From contig JAGVZM010000003.1 of assembly GCA_018302545.1 (NCBI GenBank), positions 40,058-104,057 on the forward strand: 64,000 nucleotides of DNA, read 5' to 3'. Made by a program: the position numbers and the translations under genes. The notes under the pieces are model-generated. The model was given only the letters and a program-made list of their open reading frames with translations, searched no databases and had not been told where the DNA came from. Shown here piece after piece: positions 9,708 to 18,735 of this stretch (positions are counted from its first letter, which is position 1; each line of letters begins with the position of its first letter). Origin of the DNA: Candidatus Woesearchaeota archaeon (GTDB lineage: Archaea > Nanobdellota > Nanobdellia > SCGC-AAA011-G17 > GW2011-AR18).

Positions 9708-11177
9708 ATGTCTGTAACAGAATTAATCAAAACAGAAGCAGAATTAAAAGAAATAGCTGCCATAATGCAAGATAAGTTAAGATTTGATCCTGATGGGCAA
9801 ACTGTCTCTAGATGCACTCGTTTAGTTATTGATTCTGTTAAATTTGTAGACGGAACAAAAACTTCAGAATGCGGAAAAAGTATTTTACAAAATAATGAAG
9901 GAATAGGTGCCAAAACCTATTCCGGGTATAGATCCCCCTATGATCTTACGAAAGGTAATAAAGTAGAATTACTAGTTGCAAGAGATTCAGATCCAGTAAG
10001 GTTTAATTTTCATCCAAAAGGAATACCACTTCCTACAGATGAAAGAGTATATGTTGAAGATATACCTTCTGGCATTGATACTTTCGATCAAGAACTTAGA
10101 GAATTTACAAAATACCATCCAAATACAGAATTAAAAAGAAGATTTTTAGTAGAACAAAAAATTGTTGTTAATTCAGAAGGAGGAATTGCAATACAATCAA
10201 TACCTTTTTTAGGAGTTTATTACCAACAAGGTTTTTCACCACTACCCACTTCTAGAGACATAAACGTAGTATGTGCTTCTGAAGAAGATATTAAAAGATT
10301 TCCTAAATTAATAAAGTATATAGCTGACCCAACTCCAGATGGAAGAATAACTTCCTCTATATCATTTACAGAAGCATTTGATCAATTATACAAACTTGCT
10401 CCATTAAGAATAGAAAAATTAAAAGATCATATTAACATTCCAGGACTAGTAGATGTAGTTATTTTAACAGGCGTTCCAGCACACGAAGTATTTGGACATC
10501 ATTTTGAAGAGCCAATAGATCATCTAAATCAAGGCCAATCAAGCCCATTTTTCCTTGGCCAAAAATTAAAAACACCTAACATAATTCTTAAAGATGATCC
10601 AAATGTTCTAATCGAGGGATTTAGACCAACAGGATTTACTTATTTTGATGCATATGGAAGAACAAGAAAGACTGTAAACCACATAGTAAATGATGAAGTC
10701 TTTGGATTTTTAGGGGGAGAATATGCAGATCCTAAGAAACTAAAAGAATACAACGGATCAGAATTAAGACAATTTTCAGGAAACACATGTCAAGGTATGG
10801 ACGGACAATTTCCCCAGACTAGAATGTCTTGTACAGTTTTAGATGGTGTTCATGAAAACTTAGATTTAGAAGGAAAATTAGTTATTGTTTCTCATTCTGG
10901 ATTCACAGATAGACAAACTAAAGCCTATCAAATCTCAGCTGAAGAATGTTATATAATAAAAAATGGAGAACCTAGAAGAGTAGTACCTGTAAAAGTTGGA
11001 GGAAATATACACCAAGCATTAAGAGACATAACTCTTTTTGATAGGTGGAATTATAATTCAGGAACATGTGGTAAACCAGAACCAATTCATAAAAGACAAC
11101 TTGCAGAAGTTCCAGTCTCCCAATTTTCAAGAGTTCAATTATGGCAAGGGCAATATGTAGAAACTCTCCCAATTTAG
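9708..11177 (+). CDS. TldD/PmbA-family metallopeptidase
   Basis: HExxGH motif (AHEVFGHHFEE). Size of about 490 aa is typical. Confidence 0.55.
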   Translation: MSVTELIKTEAELKEIAAIMQDKLRFDPDGQTVSRCTRLVIDSVKFVDGTKTSECGKSILQNNEGIGAKTYSGYRSPYDLTKGNKVELLVARDSDPVRFNFHPKGIPLPTDERVYVEDIPSGIDTFDQELREFTKYHPNTELKRRFLVEQKIVVNSEGGIAIQSIPFLGVYYQQGFSPLPTSRDINVVCASEEDIKRFPKLIKYIADPTPDGRITSSISFTEAFDQLYKLAPLRIEKLKDHINIPGLVDVVILTGVPAHEVFGHHFEEPIDHLNQGQSSPFFLGQKLKTPNIILKDDPNVLIEGFRPTGFTYFDAYGRTRKTVNHIVNDEVFGFLGGEYADPKKLKEYNGSELRQFSGNTCQGMDGQFPQTRMSCTVLDGVHENLDLEGKLVIVSHSGFTDRQTKAYQISAEECYIIKNGEPRRVVPVKVGGNIHQALRDITLFDRWNYNSGTCGKPEPIHKRQLAEVPVSQFSRVQLWQGQYVETLPI

Positions 11178-11203
11178 GATATTAGGGCATTAACACAATT
11201 AAA

Positions 11204-11590
11204 TTATATATAAGGAATTTGAATTCTTAATCTTTCTTCCTCTTGCGAAATTACAGATCTCAATAATATTTGATCATCTAATTTGGTAAAATCTAATCCT
11301 AATCTCCTTTCTAAATATCTTATCGGATCTGCTGCAACTCTAAATACTAAATCTAAAGGCCCGCCTCTTCTTGTACATCCATAACAAATATATAAATTAC
11401 TTTTAGGCTTTAAGTAAAAAGAAGGTTCTTTCTCATCATGAAAAATACACAAACCTTTATAGTTTGATCCACTTGTTTGTTTTTTTACTCTATCTCCAAT
11501 TAAATCTAATCCAACAAATAAAATATCTAAATTTTCTAATGTTCTAAAAACTAAGTCTTCTTCTCCTCCAAAAAGTAAAAGTTGTTTCAT
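11204..11590 (-). CDS. Stand-alone CHC2 zinc-finger protein (bacterial DnaG primase zinc-binding-domain-like)
   Basis: CIFHDEKEPSFYLKPKSNLYICYGCTRRGG matches the CHC2 finger C-x-F-H-x-E-x-x-P-S-F...Y-x-C-x-x-C. Confidence 0.55.
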   Translation of the reverse strand: MKQLLLFGGEEDLVFRTLENLDILFVGLDLIGDRVKKQTSGSNYKGLCIFHDEKEPSFYLKPKSNLYICYGCTRRGGPLDLVFRVAADPIRYLERRLGLDFTKLDDQILLRSVISQEEERLRIQIPYI

Positions 11591-11595
11591 TATTA

Positions 11596-11681
11596 AGCCT
11601 CTGACGGGATTTGAACCCGCGATCTCCGCCTATTTAGACTATTTTACCAAGGCGATGCTCTACCAACTAAGCCACAGAGGC
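11596..11681 (-). tRNA. tRNA-Thr(GGU) with 13-nt intron at position 37/38. No encoded CCA.
   Basis: Manual fold gives acceptor GCCUCUG/CAGAGGC, D-arm with G18G19, anticodon stem UCGCC/GGCGG, loop UUGGUA|A, T-arm GCGGG-UUCAAAU-CCCGU and discriminator U. Confidence 0.85.
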
Positions 11682-11702
11682 AATGAAAAAATAAAATAAC
11701 TA

Positions 11703-12656
11703 TTATCTAAATAGTTTTGCATATCCTGCAGCAATCCTATTTTCCAACCCTAAATTTTTTGGGGAGAAACTATGAGGCAACCATTCATTAGTATCTGTTT
11801 TAAAAGTTTGTATAGATCCATCATTTCCAACATTAATAATATAAACAGGTAAAGGTTCTCCAGATTTTTCATTCAAAGATTGTATTGCTTCAGCAAATTC
11901 TAAAGCATGTTGTCTATCTTTATACATTACATTAGGAATACTCCCACTAGAAACAACAACTATCTCTTTTACATATCTTCTACTAGAATCATTACTCCCA
12001 TCCCTAAAATTACAGATAGCAGCAGAAATTGGTAGTTCTGGATGATAAGCAACATCTCCTCTAAAACTTCCTCTAAAAAGATTACCATTTTCACATACAA
12101 TAACTGCCCCATAGATTTTAGGACTAGATTCTGTTAAATAAATATCATAAGCACTTTGCTCAGCAAAGATAGCTTGTTTTATAGCATCAAGTCTTGATTC
12201 TTCTCCAATTACTTCTGTAAAATTAGATTTAAAATAGGCATTACCAGGAACAAGTACAGCAGTACCACCCTCTCTTGGAGCATTAATAATTACTAAATTA
12301 GCTAAATCAGTATATTGTTTTATAGCATCTCTACAATTACCGCAAGGATTTGGAATTTCATTACCGCCTAATCCTACAAATGCAATTATTTGAATAGAAT
12401 CTTCACTTCCGAAATTTTCCAATGCAGCAGCAATAACTGCTTCTTCGCCATGAGTCATTCCACTAGATATTCCTATCTCATGATTAGAACCTGCAACTAT
12501 ATTTCCATTTTTTGTGACTGCTCCTGTATTTACATGATATCCTGATTGAATAGGAGTAGCCTTAGATGTTAAAGCAGCCTCTAATGCTAGTAGCCATTTT
12601 GGATCTATATCCATTTTATCTTTATTTAAACCATTTATAAAATTCCATTTTGACAT
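11703..12656 (-). CDS. cdd: Cytidine deaminase, dimeric E. coli Cdd-like type (catalytic N-domain plus degenerate C-domain)
   Basis: HGEE and PCGNCRD zinc motifs in the first domain. The second domain lacks PCxxC. About 317 aa, GC-richer. Confidence 0.6.
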   Translation of the reverse strand: MSKWNFINGLNKDKMDIDPKWLLALEAALTSKATPIQSGYHVNTGAVTKNGNIVAGSNHEIGISSGMTHGEEAVIAAALENFGSEDSIQIIAFVGLGGNEIPNPCGNCRDAIKQYTDLANLVIINAPREGGTAVLVPGNAYFKSNFTEVIGEESRLDAIKQAIFAEQSAYDIYLTESSPKIYGAVIVCENGNLFRGSFRGDVAYHPELPISAAICNFRDGSNDSSRRYVKEIVVVSSGSIPNVMYKDRQHALEFAEAIQSLNEKSGEPLPVYIINVGNDGSIQTFKTDTNEWLPHSFSPKNLGLENRIAAGYAKLFR

Positions 12657-12737
12657 TTTCTTTATTCCTGGACAAACATATATTTTGTCACTTTAAATTT
12701 TCTATAATGTTACAATAACAAATTAAATATTTTTGTA

Positions 12738-14159
12738 TTAACCAGCAATCATATATAATCTCTCTCTATATTCAGCGCCTTTACCATCTCTATTAATTTT
12801 ATTTCTTAACTTCCTTAAAGCTTTATAATAATTTTGTTCTACTGCTTGACGGCTTATACCCCATGAACTAGCTATATCAACAAAACTTTCTTTTTTTCCA
12901 GAAAAACCAATTTTTCTCAAAAGTGCATCCCTTTGTCTTTTAGTTAGTTTAGATTCACCCATTAATAATTGAAGATCTGCTCTCAAAGCAAATCTTTCCT
13001 GTCTTAAAAATGATTCTTCTAAATCTACTGAGAATTTCTCATCTTCTAATAATTCAGAGTAGTCCTCTCCATCTTCATTAGACTGAGCATGTATACTGCT
13101 TGTTTTTGGCATCTCTAATAAAACAGTTTCTATTATTTTACATTCTTTAGCAATAACCTCTGATAATGAACCTTCAAAACCATTAAGGTTAGATCCACTT
13201 TCTTTTAGTTTACCAATTAAACCTTCAAAAGTATCACTTTTTTTCCTATCTCTTTTTAATTTTTTAGCTATTTGATGTTCTAAAGATCTTATTGCAACTT
13301 CTTGTTCAGAAGGATCCCTACGTAATTCTTCACTCAATTCTTTTTTAACTCTTTTAATCTTATTATATTTTATACTCCTATCATTAGGTACTCTTATAGT
13401 CCCACTTTGATCTTTTGATCCCCGTATCATATTCCCTCTAATCCTATGCTCTGCATAAGTAAGAAATCTTAAACCAGACCTATGATCATAGAGTTCTACA
13501 GCTCTTTCTAATCCTAAATTTCCTTCTTGAATAGCATCTAAAAGAGATAAGCCCCTTCTTCGTCTTCCATGAGCGAGAGGCACAACTAGATGTAGATTAC
13601 CTTCTATCAACTTACTCTTTATCCCCCTATACATATAAAGATTTTCTTCAATTCCATCTTTGACACTTTTAAACTCTGAATAATCTCCATCCTGAATAAC
13701 ACTTCTAAGATCTGAAGCTGCTTTTCTAATCACAATTGGAGGAATCTCATTAAAGAATCCTCTATATACTTCTTCAGATTTTTCATCACCAATTAGAGCT
13801 TCCATTAATCTTCTATAAGGATGTTTTTCAGGCAAGGAACCAAAACCATCACTTTCAAAATTTTTAATTTGTTCTTTAGAAAATAAACGCGTTTTTGAAG
13901 TTCCCCTATAACTTAAATAGTGTGGAACTAACAAGTACATTCCTGTTCTTCTTGAATAAACTCCTGTTGCTGAATAAGGGAATACTTGTAATTCTGTTGT
14001 AACAAGATAAGAAGCTAAATTATCATGAACAGCTGTTAACTCACCAACAATTCTTCTTTCATCACACTCATCGATCTTAGGTGTTTTAGCAATATTCCTT
14101 AAATATATTGTTTCTGCACTAAGTCCATTATCTGTATTATTTTTATTTTGTTTTTTCAT
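12738..14159 (-). CDS. RNA polymerase sigma-70 family factor (regions 1.2, 2, 3 and 4 all present)
   Basis: Region 2 GLSLLDAIQEGNLGLERAVELYDHRSGLRFLTYAEHRIRGNMIRGSKDQSGTIRVP versus the RpoD consensus [56 protein letters not shown]. Region 4 HTH LTKRQRDALL...ISRQAVEQ. Confidence 0.8.
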   Translation of the reverse strand: MKKQNKNNTDNGLSAETIYLRNIAKTPKIDECDERRIVGELTAVHDNLASYLVTTELQVFPYSATGVYSRRTGMYLLVPHYLSYRGTSKTRLFSKEQIKNFESDGFGSLPEKHPYRRLMEALIGDEKSEEVYRGFFNEIPPIVIRKAASDLRSVIQDGDYSEFKSVKDGIEENLYMYRGIKSKLIEGNLHLVVPLAHGRRRRGLSLLDAIQEGNLGLERAVELYDHRSGLRFLTYAEHRIRGNMIRGSKDQSGTIRVPNDRSIKYNKIKRVKKELSEELRRDPSEQEVAIRSLEHQIAKKLKRDRKKSDTFEGLIGKLKESGSNLNGFEGSLSEVIAKECKIIETVLLEMPKTSSIHAQSNEDGEDYSELLEDEKFSVDLEESFLRQERFALRADLQLLMGESKLTKRQRDALLRKIGFSGKKESFVDIASSWGISRQAVEQNYYKALRKLRNKINRDGKGAEYRERLYMIAG

Positions 14160-14225
14160 AGGATATTCAGAAGAGCTTTAAAAAGTTTTAAAAGACTTGC
14201 GCTATTCAAATATAATTTTAAAAAT

Positions 14226-14368
14226 GGTGCGAGGGGTAGGATTTGAACCTACGGAGGCCTAAGCCACAGGATTTCTCCCATTCGGTCTTAAGTTTGGCAA
14301 AGCTTCAGAGCTTACCTGCCCATCTAGTCCTTCCTTAAGGAAGATTGACCAGGCTCTGGTACCCTCGC
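14226..14368 (-). tRNA. Intron-containing class-II-like tRNA (Leu/Ser type, isotype unresolved), 143 nt, CCA encoded
   Basis: Acceptor GCGAGGG/CCCUCGC + A + CCA. T-arm GUAGG-UUCAAAU-CCUAC. D-loop GAGCCUGGUCAAU. Variable hairpin GGC-UUAG-GCC. About 55 nt of extra sequence contains two tetraloop hairpins. Confidence 0.6.
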
Positions 14369-14522
14369 ATAAATGTAAGGATCAAGAATTGTTTTATAAA
14401 CGTTTTTATTCTAATAAGATTTATTTCCTTTCTACTAAATTAGTTTTAAAATAAGATACCCCTCACTATGGATACAACTCTAAAGTAGTAATATTTATAA
14501 AGAATACCTGCCCCTATTTTCT

Positions 14523-14966
14523 ATGATAACTGAAGTTACAGCAGATATATTAGAACTTAAAGTAAATGCTATAGCTCATGGTTGTAATACTCAAGGGATT
14601 ATGAATGCAGGTTTGGCTAAGGTCTTAAAAGAACGTTTTCCAATAATGTATAAAGAATATAAAGCCTATTGTGAAACAGAAATGTTTAATCCAGGGGATA
14701 TACATTTTTATAGAAACCCAAAAGGACCAAATATTATAAATATAGCAACACAAATTGAACTAGAGAAGGGTGCAAGATTAGATTATATTGAAGAAGGCTT
14801 AAAAAAAATTGAAGATTCTTATTCAAGATGGGGAATAAATTCATTAGCAGTACCAAGAATTGGTTGCGGTCTTGGAGGTCTAGCTTGGAGAGATGTTAGA
14901 AGAGTTATATACTCTATTTTTGGTTCTTCTAATTTAGATGTAAGGGTTGTAACAAAGCCACATTAA
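14523..14966 (+). CDS. Macro-domain protein (ADP-ribose binding/processing)
   Basis: VNAIAHGCNTQGIMNAGLAKVL resembles the macro-domain N-terminal motif. About 147 aa. Confidence 0.55.
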   Translation: MITEVTADILELKVNAIAHGCNTQGIMNAGLAKVLKERFPIMYKEYKAYCETEMFNPGDIHFYRNPKGPNIINIATQIELEKGARLDYIEEGLKKIEDSYSRWGINSLAVPRIGCGLGGLAWRDVRRVIYSIFGSSNLDVRVVTKPH

Positions 14967-15436
14967 AAGGACAATTTTTCAGCAATGTTCTTAATTACCT
15001 CTTCAGCTTCTAATCCTCCCTTTATAGCATATTTTAAAGGATGATTTTTTTGTACTTTTATAAATACTCTATAAGTCGGGACAGTAAATGTAACCTCAAA
15101 CTTAATTCCAATATCTGTAGCCCCAATTAAGTGTCTTATTTCAGATTCACTAATAGAATTAAAATCATCTTCTACAAAATATATGTGATGTTCAGGGCTT
15201 AGAGCAGTAAACTGTCTATACTGTCTTATTTGAGTACCAAGTTCTCTTGTAGTAAAGTGTTGTCCTTTAATTATAACATTTTTTCCATCCAATAAAAATC
15301 CAGATATCTCTCTTTCATCTACAAATAATTTTTTATTCTTAATTTCTATTTGACATTTATAAGCGTCTAGATTACCCAATTCTATTATTTGATCTAATGG
15401 AATATATTGGGGTCCTTTTGTTGATGGTCTTCTCAT
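14963..15436 (-). CDS. Hypothetical protein
   Basis: ORF only. Confidence 0.4.
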   Translation of the reverse strand: MRRPSTKGPQYIPLDQIIELGNLDAYKCQIEIKNKKLFVDEREISGFLLDGKNVIIKGQHFTTRELGTQIRQYRQFTALSPEHHIYFVEDDFNSISESEIRHLIGATDIGIKFEVTFTVPTYRVFIKVQKNHPLKYAIKGGLEAEEVIKNIAEKLSF

Positions 15437-15567
15437 AAAAATAGTAATAAACTGTAAAAATATAAAGTTTTCTCATCTCATAAATTAAGATTATAAAAAA
15501 GATATCCTGTGGAAAAAATTAAGGGTCTTCCTACAAATCCTTTAACTGGTTTAAAATTAAAGGAAAT

Positions 15568-16038
15568 TCAGTGGGTTCCACTACTTCCAAAACCATCAGA
15601 CCTATTAGTAGAATCTAGATCTTGAACATAGTGAACTTGAACAGTTTCATATTTTTGAATTATAATCTGAGCAATTCTTTCATTTTTAGTTAGATCATAA
15701 GACAAGATTCCATGATTAACAACTATAACACTAATTTCCTCCCTATAGTTTGAATCAATAACTCCTCCCAGAGTATGAATTTCATGTTTAAATGCAAGGC
15801 CACTTCTATCTCTTATGTTGCCCCAATAACCTTGTGGGATTGCCATCTTAATCCCTGTTTTTATTAAAATCCTCTCTCCAGGTTTTAATTGATATTTATC
15901 TTGTTCAATCTCTTTTTTACTAGAATCTAAATCAACAATCCATCTTCCAGAAGCTCTTAAATCTAAACCGCAATCTCCTTGTCTAGAATAACAAATATCA
16001 TCCAAACCTTCAACAAGTTTAATTATCTTTAATTCCAT
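15568..16038 (-). CDS. dut: dUTP diphosphatase (trimeric dUTPase)
   Basis: Conserved dUTPase motifs GLDL, IDSNYREE and C-terminal RSDGFGSSG. Confidence 0.8.
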   Translation of the reverse strand: MELKIIKLVEGLDDICYSRQGDCGLDLRASGRWIVDLDSSKKEIEQDKYQLKPGERILIKTGIKMAIPQGYWGNIRDRSGLAFKHEIHTLGGVIDSNYREEISVIVVNHGILSYDLTKNERIAQIIIQKYETVQVHYVQDLDSTNRSDGFGSSGTH

Positions 16039-16085
16039 TTTCTATATATGCTCTCTTAATTTCTTCAAATGTTGATAAAAATTAT

Positions 16086-18674
16086 TCATTTTAACAAATC
16101 TACATCATGATGTCTGCTTTCTTTCATTCCAGCACCAGTAATCCTAATAAACTCTGCATTTTTCCATAACTCATTAATACTCTTAGATCCACAATAACTC
16201 ATCCCACTTTTCAATCCACCAATTAATTGGTAAATAACTTCTGTAACTTTCCCTCTATAAGGAATAGTCCCCTCAACGCCTTCAGGAACAACATCACTTA
16301 TGTCTGCATCATCTTTACCACTTTCTCTTTCTTTCTTACTTTTATTTGCACCAAAACCAGCCATTCCCCTATAAATTTTATATTTCCTTCCTTCCTTTAT
16401 TATTGTTTGTCCAGGACTTTCATCAGTTCCTGCTAACATATTTCCTAACATAACTGTAGAAGCTCCAGCTGCTAAAGCCTTAACAATATCTCCAGATTGT
16501 TTAATTCCACCATCAGCAATAACTGTAATTCCCACTTCATTCGCAACTTTAGCAGAATCCATAACAGCCGTTAATTGAGGCACACCACAACCAGTCTGAA
16601 TTCTAGTTATACAAATTGAATTATGAACTATTGCATTATTTGCTATAAAACTATGAGTAGGACAATCTATTTCCAAATCATAAACTTTAACACATAAATC
16701 TGTTTTTTCATTTTTTAATAATTTTACAACTTGATAATCTTCAGATAATCTTTTTTCTCCTGTATTTATTATTTCAGAAATATAACTTTGGCTAAAATTA
16801 TCCAAATTAGCATTTTTCAAATTACCTTTACTAATTTTCTTTTTTTGATTATTTGGAAATACACCTTTTAATAAATAGTGAACAATATTAAATAATTCTA
16901 TTAATTTTATTGAAGTATTTGAAAATCTTATTCTTCCCCTTTCTTCTATATTTCCATCTGTATCAATTAAACCATCTAAAATACCTTGCAAATATTCTCT
17001 ATTATTAATTAAATATTTTTGTGGTAATTCTTTATTTTTCTTTTTTCCAAAAGATTGTAAAAAATCTGAAAACGGTTTATAATATAAAATAACTTGAATT
17101 ATATTCTCTTTATATGTTACTTTACATTCTTTATTAAAGATATTTATTATAAATTTCATTAATTTATTAACTTTATCAATTTCATGCTTCCCAAAATACC
17201 ATCTAACAGAACCAACACGAGAATTTTTCTTTGAAATGCCGCTATGTGAAGACCCATCACCTAAAAATGTTCCAAAAATATAACCTAATTCATAACAAGG
17301 TTCAAGACTTACATCATTTAGATATTTATATCGAATTATCCAATTACCCCCAACTCTTTTTTTCAAATTAATTTTAAAATATTGTTCTAGTTCAAACTTT
17401 ATTTCTCTAGGAATTAATAAAACATCTTGTCTAAAATCTTTTACTTCTTTCCACTTGTATTTTGAAGCTTTAGGAATTGTTTTGCTTTGTTTTTGTAATA
17501 ATCTTACATAACCCCTACTTTGTATAGTTTCAATTGAAGAAGTATTCAAGTCTCCTACCCAATACCTATGTTCTGGAGTTACATGGGTTTCTTCATAAAA
17601 TATAGAGTTTCTAATTTTTCTAACTTCTTTAATTCCAGTACAAAATGCTTTTTTAACATTCACAGGTTCTCCATTCTTATTTATTACTCTTTCACCAGCC
17701 TTAATTTCTTCAATATTTTTATAAATTCCATTAGACATTAATACCCTAGTTCCTGCAGCAAAACAGCCCCCTCCAACTCCGACCTTAATACAATCTGCTC
17801 CCGCATTAATTAAATCTAAAGTTCCTTCAGCTGTAGCAACATTTCCAGCAATTATTTGAACATCTCCAAATCTATCTTTAATATTTTTTATAGTAGAAAG
17901 AGTCATATCATGATGTCCATGCGCAACATCTATACAAAGAACATCACATCCAACCTTAATTAAAGCTTCAGTTCTATCCAAATAATCTCCTTTAACCCCA
18001 ACAGCAGCACCAACTAATAATCTCCCTTTCTTATCTTTAGTAGCCAGAGGATGTTTCTCTCTATTAGTTATATCCTTAGCAGTAATTAACCCTTTTAAAA
18101 TTCCTTTACTATCAATTAAAGGAAGTTTCTCAATTTTATTTTGCTTTAATATTTCTTTTGCATTTTCAATATCTTTATTTATGTCACCAATAATTGATTT
18201 TTCTTTTGGAGTCATCAAATCTTTAATTTGTTTTAATAAATTGTCCTCAAACATCATATCTGTGTTTGTTAAAATTCCCACATATCTTCCAACATTATCT
18301 GTAATGGGAATTCCTGTAATATTTTTATCCTGCATTAAAATTTTAGCATCTTTTAAATTATGTTCTGGAGTTAAAGTATAAGGATTCTCTATTACAATTG
18401 CTTCTGATCTTTTAACTTTTAAAATTTCTTTAACTTGGTCGTCTATAGTTAAAAATCTATGAATAATTCCAAGACCCCCTTGTCTTGCCATTTCAATTGC
18501 CATTGCACTTTCCGTAACAGTATCCATATTGGCGCTTATTATAGGCATATTTAGTTTAATTTTATTAGTTAAAAAAGAACTTATATCAACATTTTTTCTA
18601 GAATATATATTGGAAAGTTTAGGAACTAATAAAACATCATCATAAGCTAATGCCTCTCTTATTTCATTATTCAT
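16086..18674 (-). CDS. guaB: Inosine-5'-monophosphate dehydrogenase containing an in-frame intein
   Basis: N-extein carries IMPDH and CBS domains. Catalytic loop VGVGGG|SICITR is split by 382 aa starting with Cys and ending HN. The intein holds two LAGLIDADG blocks. Confidence 0.9.
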   Translation of the reverse strand: MNNEIREALAYDDVLLVPKLSNIYSRKNVDISSFLTNKIKLNMPIISANMDTVTESAMAIEMARQGGLGIIHRFLTIDDQVKEILKVKRSEAIVIENPYTLTPEHNLKDAKILMQDKNITGIPITDNVGRYVGILTNTDMMFEDNLLKQIKDLMTPKEKSIIGDINKDIENAKEILKQNKIEKLPLIDSKGILKGLITAKDITNREKHPLATKDKKGRLLVGAAVGVKGDYLDRTEALIKVGCDVLCIDVAHGHHDMTLSTIKNIKDRFGDVQIIAGNVATAEGTLDLINAGADCIKVGVGGGCFAAGTRVLMSNGIYKNIEEIKAGERVINKNGEPVNVKKAFCTGIKEVRKIRNSIFYEETHVTPEHRYWVGDLNTSSIETIQSRGYVRLLQKQSKTIPKASKYKWKEVKDFRQDVLLIPREIKFELEQYFKINLKKRVGGNWIIRYKYLNDVSLEPCYELGYIFGTFLGDGSSHSGISKKNSRVGSVRWYFGKHEIDKVNKLMKFIINIFNKECKVTYKENIIQVILYYKPFSDFLQSFGKKKNKELPQKYLINNREYLQGILDGLIDTDGNIEERGRIRFSNTSIKLIELFNIVHYLLKGVFPNNQKKKISKGNLKNANLDNFSQSYISEIINTGEKRLSEDYQVVKLLKNEKTDLCVKVYDLEIDCPTHSFIANNAIVHNSICITRIQTGCGVPQLTAVMDSAKVANEVGITVIADGGIKQSGDIVKALAAGASTVMLGNMLAGTDESPGQTIIKEGRKYKIYRGMAGFGANKSKKERESGKDDADISDVVPEGVEGTIPYRGKVTEVIYQLIGGLKSGMSYCGSKSINELWKNAEFIRITGAGMKESRHHDVDLLK
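16620..17765 (-). other. Intein (382 aa) with LAGLIDADG homing-endonuclease domain, inserted at the IMPDH catalytic-Cys loop
   Basis: N-terminal Cys1 (CFAAGTRV). C-terminal ...IVHN with +1 Ser. Endonuclease blocks [13 protein letters not shown] and [14 protein letters not shown]. Confidence 0.8.
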
Positions 18675-18735
18675 TTTACTATAAATCTGAAATTTCTAGA
18701 CTATTTTTAAGTATTATTATCATAAAAGATATAAC

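Noticed and set aside
14226-14368. Long structured RNA considered as a non-tRNA ncRNA, for example an SRP or tmRNA-like fragment
   Set aside because: Canonical acceptor stem, T-arm GUAGG-UUCAAAU-CCUAC, discriminator and CCA make an intron-containing tRNA the most parsimonious reading.
14455-14475. Sequence TACCCCTCACTATGG resembling the 5' end of the adjacent tRNA, as a possible att-site repeat
   Set aside because: Similarity is short (about 9/10), matches the 5' rather than 3' part of the tRNA, and has no second partner. Likely chance.
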